A DNA stretch of 29,718 nt, from assembly GCA_047515615.1 (NCBI GenBank), contig JAKZWH010000024.1:1-29718 (forward strand), read 5' to 3'. Both the position numbers and the translations under genes were made by a program. Each line of letters begins with the position of its first letter. Within the stretch, counting starts at the first letter, position 1. This DNA comes from Acidimicrobiales bacterium. Lineage in GTDB: Bacteria; Actinomycetota; Acidimicrobiia; Acidimicrobiales; Aldehydirespiratoraceae. Below are positions 1-9,864 of the stretch, piece by piece. Below the pieces are notes generated by a model. That model ran no database searches and was not told the origin of the DNA. It was given only the letters and a program-made list of their open reading frames with translations.

Positions 1-1
1 C

Positions 2-187
2 ACCGACTTCAAGGTCCGGGTGCTCGACACCCAGAAGGGAACGGGCGCGGTCACCCGGGTGCTGATCGACTCCACCGACCGCCGCCGGGTGTGGACCACC
101 ATCGGCGTGTCGGAGAATGTCATCGAAGCGTCCTGGCAGGCCCTGGCCGACTCGGTAGTCTTCGGCCTGCTCCACGCCGAGGACTGA
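2..187 (+). CDS. cimA: Citramalate synthase, C-terminal LeuA-type allosteric domain (5' end lies outside the window)
   Basis: Hand translation gives [61 protein letters not shown], stop TGA at 185-187. DFKVRVL and [18 protein letters not shown] match the CimA/LeuA regulatory domain. Not in the ORF track. Confidence 0.8.
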   Translation, partial: TDFKVRVLDTQKGTGAVTRVLIDSTDRRRVWTTIGVSENVIEASWQALADSVVFGLLHAED

Positions 188-194
188 GAGGCCG

Positions 195-223
195 AGGCGG
201 CGTCTCGCTGTCGCCTGCCGCCT
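195..223 (+). terminator. GC-rich hairpin after cimA, possible terminator
   Basis: aggcggc (195-201) pairs with gccgcct (217-223). No U tract; abuts the next -10 element. Confidence 0.3.
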
Positions 224-236
224 AGGCTGCTGGCTC

Positions 237-755
237 GTGGCAGCCCCATCCCACGTTCCCGCCACGGACAAGGCTCCGTCCATCTACCGGTCTCCGCCTC
301 GGCGGGACGATCCCTGGGTGGCCGACCGGCCCGGCGAGGTTGTGGGCGGCGAGTCTCCGTCCGGCCCGGGCATGGGCCACCAGGGCCCCGACCAGGGCTA
401 CGCGCTCAAGCTGGCGCAGAGCTTCGCCGGCCAGCTGGCCGTGTCGCCCGCAGAGCGCGAGGACGACGCGCTCGCTGGATGCTGCGCGGTGGCGCTGCGC
501 CGGGCTTCGATCTTCGGCCGTGCGCCGGTTGTGCATGACCTGCGCCTTGCGTTCGAGTTATTCGGCTTCTTGGATGACGCCGACGCTGAGTTGGTGTCCT
601 GGCGTCGATCCGTGTTCGCAGGCGCCGCCGGCCACCACGGCTACCACGTCAAGCTGCGCCTAACCGAGCTGGTTCCTGAAGAGACGCTGCGCAGCACTCC
701 GGCTGCGGTCGCCGAGGCCTGCTCCAAGAACTGGCGCGCCCCGCTAGGGCTCTAA
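237..755 (+). CDS. Hypothetical protein, 172 aa
   Basis: High-GC3 codon usage, GTG start 8 nt after TAGGCT (223-228), globular-looking sequence (GPDQGYALKLA, AVALRRASIFGRAPVVHDL). No family recognised with confidence. Confidence 0.7.
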   Translation: MAAPSHVPATDKAPSIYRSPPRRDDPWVADRPGEVVGGESPSGPGMGHQGPDQGYALKLAQSFAGQLAVSPAEREDDALAGCCAVALRRASIFGRAPVVHDLRLAFELFGFLDDADAELVSWRRSVFAGAAGHHGYHVKLRLTELVPEETLRSTPAAVAEACSKNWRAPLGL

Positions 756-795
756 ACGACTCGTTCTAGCACCCGGTCTGTCGCCCAGCCGCGCG

Positions 796-891
796 TCAGA
801 CCTTGACGACGAGCGTCTTCACGGCCTTGTCGGGCCACCCTTGGCGAGCCTTGTCCCAAGTCAGGGAAACGTACCGAGAAGGGAGGAGTTA
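796..891 (-). pseudogene. Remnant of an RDD-family membrane protein gene (C-terminal end only)
   Basis: The minus strand reads YVSLTWDKARQGWPDKAVKTLVVKV then TGA (796-798), resembling the RDD C-terminal motif WDxxRQGWHDKxAxTxVV. In-frame TAA at 889-891 and no usable start upstream of the motif. Confidence 0.6.
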
Positions 892-928
892 GCCGGGAGA
901 TGAGTTCAGCGGGGAGCGCAGCGCGCTT

Positions 929-1294
929 CTAGACCCCCGCGCCCAGGGAGAATCCGATGGCCAGAATCAGTATCCATACGAGCGCATTCAGCGATGTGCC
1001 TACGATGGACAGTACGAAACCAGCCATCGCGAGGCGTCTGTACGGTGCGCCCTCTAGCTTGCTTCGGTTAAGGCCCTTGTGGGATAGGACGATTCCTACA
1101 ATTCCAACGATTATCCCCAAATATGGTGTAATAAAGCTACAGATTCCGAGTACGAAGCCTGCAATTCCGTGACCGTTCGAGTTCGACGTGGGCCGTGGCC
1201 AATGCTCTGGCACCGCCGGCGGATCGTTTTGTGCCGAATGGGGCTGGGGCCAGGAGTCTGGCGGTGGTGGGGGAGGGGGAGGCTGATCGGTCAT
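929..1294 (-). CDS. DUF4190-like small membrane protein with a Pro-rich N-terminus
   Basis: N-terminal PPPPPPPP, then NGHGIAGFVLGICS...GIVGIVLSHKG...LAMAGFVLSIVG, the two-helix DUF4190 pattern. Confidence 0.7.
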   Translation of the reverse strand: MTDQPPPPPPPPDSWPQPHSAQNDPPAVPEHWPRPTSNSNGHGIAGFVLGICSFITPYLGIIVGIVGIVLSHKGLNRSKLEGAPYRRLAMAGFVLSIVGTSLNALVWILILAIGFSLGAGV

Positions 1295-1331
1295 GTCGAC
1301 ATCCCGTGGTCGTCTTCCGGGTGGATGGGCG

Positions 1332-1613
1332 TCAGGCTGCCATCACGAGCAGGAACACCACGAAGATCAGGATCGTTGTTGGCACCAGCGCGATCGTAAG
1401 GCCGGCGATTGCTAGGCCCCGATGAGGCGCCTGACGCTTGGTTGCTCGAGAGATCCCGATTGCGGAAAACACTATTGCCAGCACCCAGAGGATGAAGTTC
1501 ACGCCCGGAACCCAAAACAGCACAATTGCACAAAGCGCGCACACGAACCCTGTTATTGCCAGTCCGTTGCCAGCCGGAGCAGGGCTGCTAGTCGCGTCGG
1601 AAGCATTCGTCAT
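1332..1613 (-). CDS. DUF4190-like small membrane protein
   Basis: GNGLAITGFVCALCAI...IVFSAIGISRA...HRGLAIAGLTIAL. Good RBS (AGGAGA) before the ATG on the minus strand. Paralogous to 929-1294. Confidence 0.7.
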   Translation of the reverse strand: MTNASDATSSPAPAGNGLAITGFVCALCAIVLFWVPGVNFILWVLAIVFSAIGISRATKRQAPHRGLAIAGLTIALVPTTILIFVVFLLVMAA

Positions 1614-1881
1614 GAGTCTCTCCTGTGGGGTAATTGATGTCGAACAGGGTCGAGCGATGTCGTCCAGATTGGTGATCGTGTCTCAACAGCCCCCAAGCGA
1701 ACTCCACGACCAACGTTGTCGATAGTCGTGTCGGCAACCTGAGGCGATGGAGAACCTATCCGGTCTCGGTTCACCGTTCAACGTTGAGAGAAGCCCGCTG
1801 GCGTGGCGGCGAGGACGGCCCTGTCTGTCTCCAAGATGCATGACCGGCCGGCCGCCGCGGCTGGCCGCCGGTCAGCCTGCC

Positions 1882-1887
1882 TATGCT
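1882..1887 (+). promoter_or_regulatory. -10 element (TATGCT) for leaderless gltX
   Basis: TANNNT exactly 6 nt before ATG 1894, with no SD sequence. Confidence 0.55.
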
Positions 1888-1893
1888 CGGCTG

Positions 1894-3309
1894 ATGAGGA
1901 CGCCCCGGGTCCGGTTCGCGCCTGCGCCGACAGGGTTCTTGCATGTGGGAAGTGCACGCACGGCCCTTTTCAACTGGCTGTTCGCCCGGCACCACGGCGG
2001 CGAGTTGGTGCTTCGGGTGGAGGACACCGACGCCTCGCTGAAGACCCAGGCCTACGTGGACGCCATCATCGAGCCGCTGCGATGGTTGGGCCTCGACTGG
2101 GACTCGGGCCCCTACTTCCAGTCCGAGCGCCGCGGCCTGCACTCTGCCGCCATCGAGCAGCTGGTGGCCGACGGCGCGGCCTACTACTGCGACCTGACTC
2201 GGGCCGAGATCGAACAGCGTTGCGCGGCGGCCGGACTTCCGGCCGGCTACCACGGCTGGTCCCGCGGCGGCGACGTGCCCGACGGCCCCGGCGTGGTTGT
2301 GCGATTCCGATGCCCCGACGACGGCACCACCGTCGTGGAGGACATCGTGCGGGGGCGGGTGAGTTTCCCGAACGAGTCGCTTGAGGACTTCGTGATCCGG
2401 CGGGGCGACGGATCGCCGACGTTTCACCTGGCCAACGCAGTGGACGACCACGACATGGGAATCACCCACGTGATCCGGGGCGAGGACCTGCTCAACACCA
2501 CCCCTCGCGTGCAACTGATCTGGCAGGCCCTCGGCTGCGGCCCGCCGCCCGCGTACGCGCACCTGCCGCTGCTGGTCAACGCCAAGCGCCAGAAGCTGTC
2601 CAAGCGGCGCGATGACGTCGCCCTCGACGACTACCGCCGCCGGGGCTATCTGCCCGAGGCCATGGTCAACTACCTGACATTGCTGGGATGGGGACCGCCC
2701 GACGAGATGGAGATCCGCCCGCTGGACGAGATCGTCGCACTGTTCGATCTCGACGCAGTCAAGCCGGCCCCGGCGTTCTTCGACCCGGCCCGCCTCGACC
2801 ACATCAACTCCTCCTATATCAAGGCGCTCACGCCCGAGCAGTTCGCGGACCGGGCCGAGCCGTTCCTGGGTGGTCCGGACGCTCCGTGGCCCCCCGAGCG
2901 TTACGACCGCGACAAGGTTCGGGTGCTTGCCGGTGAGATCCAGCAGCGGATCGTGAGGCTCGGCGAGGCCGCGGGATGGATCGACTGGATCCTGTGCCCC
3001 GAAGTCAGCTACGACGAGCGGGCCTGGAACAAGGCGATGGTCAAGGGTCGGGCCGCCGCGCAGGTGCTGGAGGCGGTGGAGGCCCGCCTGGCCGGCGACG
3101 ACTTCACCTCGGCGGCGCGGCTCGAGTCCATCGTCATGAGCGTGGGCGACGAGCTCACCGAGAGCCTCGGGGCGCGGGTGCGGTCCCAGCCCCCGGTCAG
3201 GGTGGCCCTCACCGGCACCGATGCCGGATTGCCCCTCTGGGAGCCGATGCGCCTGTTGGGCCGAGAGGTCGCGCTGGCCCGCCTCCGCGCCGCCCGGGCC
3301 CGGCTCTAG
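1894..3309 (+). CDS. gltX: Glutamate--tRNA ligase
   Basis: RVRFAPAPTGFLHVG (HIGH motif), LRVEDTD, HVIRGEDLL, KLSKR (KMSKS motif). Start moved from 1747 to ATG 1894 because the family starts just before RVRFAP and a -10 lies 6 nt upstream. Confidence 0.97.
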   Translation: MRTPRVRFAPAPTGFLHVGSARTALFNWLFARHHGGELVLRVEDTDASLKTQAYVDAIIEPLRWLGLDWDSGPYFQSERRGLHSAAIEQLVADGAAYYCDLTRAEIEQRCAAAGLPAGYHGWSRGGDVPDGPGVVVRFRCPDDGTTVVEDIVRGRVSFPNESLEDFVIRRGDGSPTFHLANAVDDHDMGITHVIRGEDLLNTTPRVQLIWQALGCGPPPAYAHLPLLVNAKRQKLSKRRDDVALDDYRRRGYLPEAMVNYLTLLGWGPPDEMEIRPLDEIVALFDLDAVKPAPAFFDPARLDHINSSYIKALTPEQFADRAEPFLGGPDAPWPPERYDRDKVRVLAGEIQQRIVRLGEAAGWIDWILCPEVSYDERAWNKAMVKGRAAAQVLEAVEARLAGDDFTSAARLESIVMSVGDELTESLGARVRSQPPVRVALTGTDAGLPLWEPMRLLGREVALARLRAARARL

Positions 3310-3328
3310 CCCCCGGCCGACTCGCCTC

Positions 3329-3345
3329 CAGCCGAGATTTGGCTG
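3329..3345 (+). terminator. Hairpin after gltX, possible terminator
   Basis: cagccga-gat-ttggctg, a 7-bp stem with one G-U pair, 19 nt after the stop. The tail is only moderately U-rich. Confidence 0.3.
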
Positions 3346-3543
3346 ATCTGTTCGTGCCTTTCAGTCCATGCGACACATTCTCGCTGACAGAACGGCCGAA
3401 GGGAGCGAGAGTGGCAAACGGCTCTCTTGGCTCTATGGTGGCTGTCTCCCGCGGTTCGGTCTTGGTGAAGCGGCCGCCGCGGACGCAGCCGCAACTGCGG
3501 ATGGCGCTTCCCCGCGAGGACCACGACCCCGGGGAGTGCCACC

Positions 3544-4095
3544 ATGCGGCGCCCATCCACATTCTGCAGATTCCGGGCGGGCCGACGACGGCGGGCCGCC
3601 TATCTGATCCTGCTGCCAGCAGTGGCGATGGCCCTGGCCGCGTCGATGCTGGCGGCTGAAGCCGGTGCCGAGTCCCACGATGGCGGGCGGCTCGTGTTCC
3701 GCCCGCCCGTCGATGCGCCCGTGGCCGACCCATTCCGCCCGCCGGAGGACCCCTACGGTCCCGGCAACCGCGGCATCGAGTACGACACCGAGCCCGGCAG
3801 CGTGGTGCGGGCCGCGGCGGCCGGCACAGTCGTGTTCTCCGGCGCGGTGGCCGGGTCCTTGTACGTGACTCTCGATCACGGCGGCGGGGTGCTCAGCACA
3901 TACTCCTACCTTCAGCGCATCAGCGTGCGGGCCGGCGCCGACGTCGCCGGTGGCCAGGTGATCGCGATCGCCGGCGAGAGGTTGCACTTCAGCGTGCGGG
4001 TGGACGGCAGCTACGCCGATCCGGCGGGCTTCGTCGGGGTGCGGCGCGTCAGGGTGCGGCTGGTGCCGCTGGGGTCGTGGCGCCCTTACCGCTGA
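3544..4095 (+). CDS. Secreted M23/LytM-domain protein, probably catalytically inactive
   Basis: Arg-rich n-region and hydrophobic signal peptide. [48 protein letters not shown]. Sits upstream of rpsB as M23 genes do in Actinomycetota. Confidence 0.85.
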   Translation: MRRPSTFCRFRAGRRRRAAYLILLPAVAMALAASMLAAEAGAESHDGGRLVFRPPVDAPVADPFRPPEDPYGPGNRGIEYDTEPGSVVRAAAAGTVVFSGAVAGSLYVTLDHGGGVLSTYSYLQRISVRAGADVAGGQVIAIAGERLHFSVRVDGSYADPAGFVGVRRVRVRLVPLGSWRPYR

Positions 4096-4143
4096 CCCCG
4101 CAGGCCCAACCACCGCCCATGCCGCCTCCGCCCGGCCTCTCGG

Positions 4144-4276
4144 TACACTAGCGAGCCGGCCCTGGAGGGCCCGACGGCGCCGAATGGTGCCGCCGAATCA
4201 TTTCGCAACCCGCGCCTTCACCCGGTCGCCTCGGCGTCCGGCGCGGGTCACGCAGAACCGGGAGAGCAAGACCAGA
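4144..4276 (+). promoter_or_regulatory. rpsB promoter (-10 TACACT at 4144-4149) and structured 5' leader
   Basis: Perfect 9-bp stem acccgcgcc (4208-4216) / ggcgcgggt (4240-4248). S2 autoregulation through the leader is known in other bacteria and is inferred here. Confidence 0.5.
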
Positions 4277-5263
4277 ATGGCTGTCGTCACCATGAAGCAA
4301 CTGCTGGAGGCCGGCGTCCAGTTCGGCCACCAGACCCGCCGGTGGAACCCGAAGATGAGGCGCTTCATCCACGGCGACAAGGCCGGCATCCACATCGTCG
4401 ACCTCCGCCAGACGCTGGCCCATCTGGAGCGCGCCTACGTATTCGTGCGGGACCTGGTCGCCGACGGCGGCACTGTCCTGTTCATCGGAACCAAGAAGCA
4501 GGCGCAGGACTCCATCCAGTCCTACGCCGAGCGCTGCAACATGCCCTACGTGAACGAGCGCTGGCAGGGCGGGATGCTCACCAACTTCCACACCATCGCC
4601 AAGCGCATAGCCAAGATGAAGGAATACCAGCGGATGCGCGACTCGGGCGAGTTCGCCGCCATGCCGAAGAAGGAGGCGCTGCAGCTGGGACGGGAGCTGA
4701 TCAAGCTCGAGCGCAACCTGGGCGGCATCCGCGACATGCGGGAGCCCCCGGGCGCGGTCTTCATTCTCGACACCAAGAAGGAGTACATCGCGGTCACCGA
4801 GGCCCGGAAGCTGCAAGTGCCCATCGTCGCCGTGGTGGACACGAACTGCGACCCCGATCTCGTGGACTACGCCATTCCCGGCAACGACGACGCCATCCGC
4901 TCCGGGCGGCTCATGGCCCGGGTGATCTCCGACGCGGTGCAGGAGGGCCGGTTCATACACTCGAAGCGGACCGAGGTTTCGAGCCCGGACCGCGATGTGT
5001 TCGTCAAGGCCGAGGTCGCCGAGCAGCAGGCCCGGGCCCGAGCCGAAGCCGCCGCCGAGGCCGCCGAGCGCGAGGCCCGCCTAGCCCGCGCCAAGTCCGA
5101 TGCCGGTAAGGCCGCTGATGCCGCCGACGGCGACGCCGGCGGCGAGGCCAGCCCGGACGGCGACGACTCGTCGAATGGGGATGGGGAGGCGGAGGCGCCG
5201 TCCGCAGAGGCTGCGTCCGCAGAGGCCGGTGCCGATGTGGCCGTCGCGGCCGAGGAGGCCTGA
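4277..5263 (+). CDS. rpsB: 30S ribosomal protein S2 with long acidic, Ala-rich C-terminal tail
   Basis: [62 protein letters not shown]. Start moved from 4184 to ATG 4277. The tail holds a 13-nt repeat (5199-5211 and 5214-5226). Confidence 0.98.
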   Translation: MAVVTMKQLLEAGVQFGHQTRRWNPKMRRFIHGDKAGIHIVDLRQTLAHLERAYVFVRDLVADGGTVLFIGTKKQAQDSIQSYAERCNMPYVNERWQGGMLTNFHTIAKRIAKMKEYQRMRDSGEFAAMPKKEALQLGRELIKLERNLGGIRDMREPPGAVFILDTKKEYIAVTEARKLQVPIVAVVDTNCDPDLVDYAIPGNDDAIRSGRLMARVISDAVQEGRFIHSKRTEVSSPDRDVFVKAEVAEQQARARAEAAAEAAEREARLARAKSDAGKAADAADGDAGGEASPDGDDSSNGDGEAEAPSAEAASAEAGADVAVAAEEA

Positions 5264-5265
5264 CA

Positions 5266-7399
<2,134 letters not shown>

Positions 7400-7451
7400 A
7401 GGCACCCATGGCCCAGGCCAAAGTGCATGACGAGCCGGAAGGAGCGATGGA

Positions 7452-8645
7452 GTGAGCGAGCAGGATAAACATGGAGAGCCCGACTCCGCAGGCAGAGACA
7501 TGCTTGCCGACGACGCGGGCATCGTCGCGGGACGATCAGTTTTCGGCGACGACCCAGCCGAGCCCGACTGGGTCGAGCCCGGCGCCACGGGGTTGATGCC
7601 GATGACGGCACCGGAGCCGAGGCTGCAGGAGGCCGACCCCGAGGAGCTGGGAGTCTGGACCGATCACACCACTGCTCCCCAGTGGGACGAGCCCGAGGAC
7701 GCGCTGCCCCCCATGCAGCCGCATGAGCCGGTGGGGTCCGTCGCCGACGACGACGACTTCTTCGGCTACGAGGATCAGTACTCCGGGGTCGCCGGCACCG
7801 GCCAGGGCCCTGTCGCCGCGACCGATCGCGACATGCCGATGGCTGTGCTGGTCGGCGTCGTGCTGTCGGCCGTGATCCTGGTGGCCATGCAGGTGGGCCC
7901 GGCGTGGGCGCTGTTCTTCGCCACCGTCGTGCTCGGCTTTGCAGCGGTCGAGTTGCTCAGCGCGGTGCGGGTCGCCGGATACCAGCCGGCCGTGGTGCTG
8001 GGCCTGGCCGGGGTGGTCACGATGCCGGTCGCGGCCTATTGGCGCGGCATGGAGGCGATCGTTGTCGTGATGGTGCTGCTGGTGGTGTTCGGAGCGTTGT
8101 GGTACCTCACCGGGGTCGGCGTCGAGGGGCCGATGCGAGGTCTCGCGGTAACGATCTTCGCCGTGGCCTACATCGGGGTTCTCGGCGCGCACGCAGCCCT
8201 GATGCTGAGGGTCCCGACCCACGGAACGGGGTTGCTCACGGCCGCGATCGTGCTGACCGTGGCGCACGATGTGAGCGCGATGGCGGTGGGCCGGGCCGCG
8301 GGTCGCACCCCGCTGTCCCGGGCCAGCCCGAATAAGACGCTGGAGGGGCTCGTCGGTGGCATCGTCGTGACTGTCGGCGTGGGCGTGATCATGGGGCTGA
8401 TGGGAATGCCTGCGCCGATCGCGGCCGCGCCCGGAAGCGCATGGAAGGTGATCTTGCTAGCCGGGGTGGTCGCGGTGGTCGCCCCCATCGGGGACTTGGC
8501 CGAGTCGATGCTCAAGCGCGATCTCAACATCAAGGACATGGGTTCGCTGCTCCCCGGCCACGGCGGGATTCTGGACCGTTTCGACGCGCTGCTGTTCGTG
8601 CTGCCCGCCACCTACTACGTGGCTCTCGTGACCGGCGTGATCTGA
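7452..8645 (+). CDS. cdsA: Phosphatidate cytidylyltransferase with ~125-aa acidic N-terminal extension
   Basis: [40 protein letters not shown] signature, multiple TM helices, SD GAAGGAG at 7438-7444. Confidence 0.95.
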   Translation: MSEQDKHGEPDSAGRDMLADDAGIVAGRSVFGDDPAEPDWVEPGATGLMPMTAPEPRLQEADPEELGVWTDHTTAPQWDEPEDALPPMQPHEPVGSVADDDDFFGYEDQYSGVAGTGQGPVAATDRDMPMAVLVGVVLSAVILVAMQVGPAWALFFATVVLGFAAVELLSAVRVAGYQPAVVLGLAGVVTMPVAAYWRGMEAIVVVMVLLVVFGALWYLTGVGVEGPMRGLAVTIFAVAYIGVLGAHAALMLRVPTHGTGLLTAAIVLTVAHDVSAMAVGRAAGRTPLSRASPNKTLEGLVGGIVVTVGVGVIMGLMGMPAPIAAAPGSAWKVILLAGVVAVVAPIGDLAESMLKRDLNIKDMGSLLPGHGGILDRFDALLFVLPATYYVALVTGVI

Positions 8646-8700
8646 TGTTCGGGGTGACTTGAACTCGCCTTGGCGGCCCCAGGGTCCAGGGTGAGCTGAC

Positions 8701-9864
8701 TTGAGTTTGTCTACCGTCGCCGTTCTGGGCTCGACCGGATCGATTGGAACCCAGACGCTCGACATTGTGCGGGCCCGGCCCGACCGCTATCGCGTGGTCG
8801 CGCTGGGGGCAGCCCGCTCTGTGGAGCTGCTGGCCGAGCAGGCCCAGCGCTTCCGACCGGAGATCGTCGCGCTGGCCGACGCGTCCCGCGCGGCCTCTTT
8901 GGCCGAGCAGCTGCCGGCCGGCGTGGAGCTGCTCGCCGGGGAGGACGCGATGGCGGCCGCGGCCGCCACCGCCGACACGGTCATCAACGGAGTAGTCGGG
9001 TTCGCGGGGCTGCCGGTGACGCTGGCGGCCCTGGAGGCGGGCAAGCGGCTCGGGCTGGCCAACAAGGAGTCGCTGATCGCGGCCGGACCGGTGGTGCAGC
9101 GGGTTCGCTCCAATCCGGGGGCCGAGCTCATTCCGGTCGACTCCGAGCACTGCGCCGTTCACCAGTGCCTGCGGGCCAACGATCATCCGGATCGGGTGTC
9201 CTCCATCGTCTTGACGGCTAGCGGCGGACCCTTCCGGGGCCGCACCAGAGCTGAGCTGGAAGCGGTCACCGTCTCCGATGCCCTGGCCCATCCGACCTGG
9301 CAGATGGGCCCGAAGATCACCATCGACTCCAGCACGCTGATGAACAAGGGTCTAGAGGTCATCGAGGCCCACGAGCTCTTCGGGATCAGCTACGACCAGA
9401 TCGAGGTCGTCGTGCACCCGCAGTCCATCGTCCATTCGATGGTCACGTACTGCGACGGGGCCACCGTGGCCCAGCTGTCGAAGCCGGACATGAGGCTCTG
9501 CATCGGCTACGCGCTCGCCTATCCCGATCGCCTCGATCTGGCCTACGGCGCCATCGACTGGGCCGAGATGGGCCGGCTGGACTTCGAGCCTCCCGACCGC
9601 CGCGCCTTCGGCTGCATCGACTTGGCCTACGAGGCCGGACGGGCCTCCGAGACCGCTCCGGCCTGGCTCAGCGCTGCGAACGAGGTAGCCGTTCAAGCCT
9701 TCCTCGACGGCAGAATCCGCTGGCTGGACATCGTCCGCGTGCTGGAGGAGGCGCTCGGCCTGTGGCCCGGCGATCGAGCTTCCGACGTCGACGCGGTGCT
9801 GGCCGCCGACCACCAGGCCCGCCGGGTCGCTGCCGGCCTGGTGGAGCGGCGCGAGGCGGCCTGA
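8701..9864 (+). CDS. dxr: 1-deoxy-D-xylulose-5-phosphate reductoisomerase
   Basis: VLGSTGSIG, LANKESL, PVDSEH, MGPKITIDSSTLMNKGLEVIEAH. TTG start at 8701 (or 8707). Confidence 0.98.
   Translation: MSLSTVAVLGSTGSIGTQTLDIVRARPDRYRVVALGAARSVELLAEQAQRFRPEIVALADASRAASLAEQLPAGVELLAGEDAMAAAAATADTVINGVVGFAGLPVTLAALEAGKRLGLANKESLIAAGPVVQRVRSNPGAELIPVDSEHCAVHQCLRANDHPDRVSSIVLTASGGPFRGRTRAELEAVTVSDALAHPTWQMGPKITIDSSTLMNKGLEVIEAHELFGISYDQIEVVVHPQSIVHSMVTYCDGATVAQLSKPDMRLCIGYALAYPDRLDLAYGAIDWAEMGRLDFEPPDRRAFGCIDLAYEAGRASETAPAWLSAANEVAVQAFLDGRIRWLDIVRVLEEALGLWPGDRASDVDAVLAADHQARRVAAGLVERREAA

Noticed and set aside
914-923. gagcgcagcg as a third fragment of the dispersed element
   Set aside because: Only 10 nt match in GC-rich DNA and the flanks do not align.
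1620-1840. A further pseudogene upstream of the DUF4190 pair
   Set aside because: The minus-strand frames I translated gave no recognisable protein motif.
1747-1893. N-terminal extensions in the ORF track for gltX (1747), rpsB (4184), pyrH (5904), rseP (9762) and rimP (12491)
   Set aside because: They overlap upstream genes, leaders or promoters. Downstream starts fit the family N-termini and local signals.
3310-3543. Riboswitch (c-di-AMP or c-di-GMP) or tRNA between gltX and the M23 gene
   Set aside because: M23 genes often carry c-di-AMP riboswitches and gltX is often followed by tRNAs, but I found only short hairpins and no recognisable consensus or T-arm. A Rfam cmscan would settle it.
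8645-8662. Five-codon ORF MFGVT overlapping the cdsA stop
   Set aside because: Too short, does not reach the dxr start, and expected by chance.
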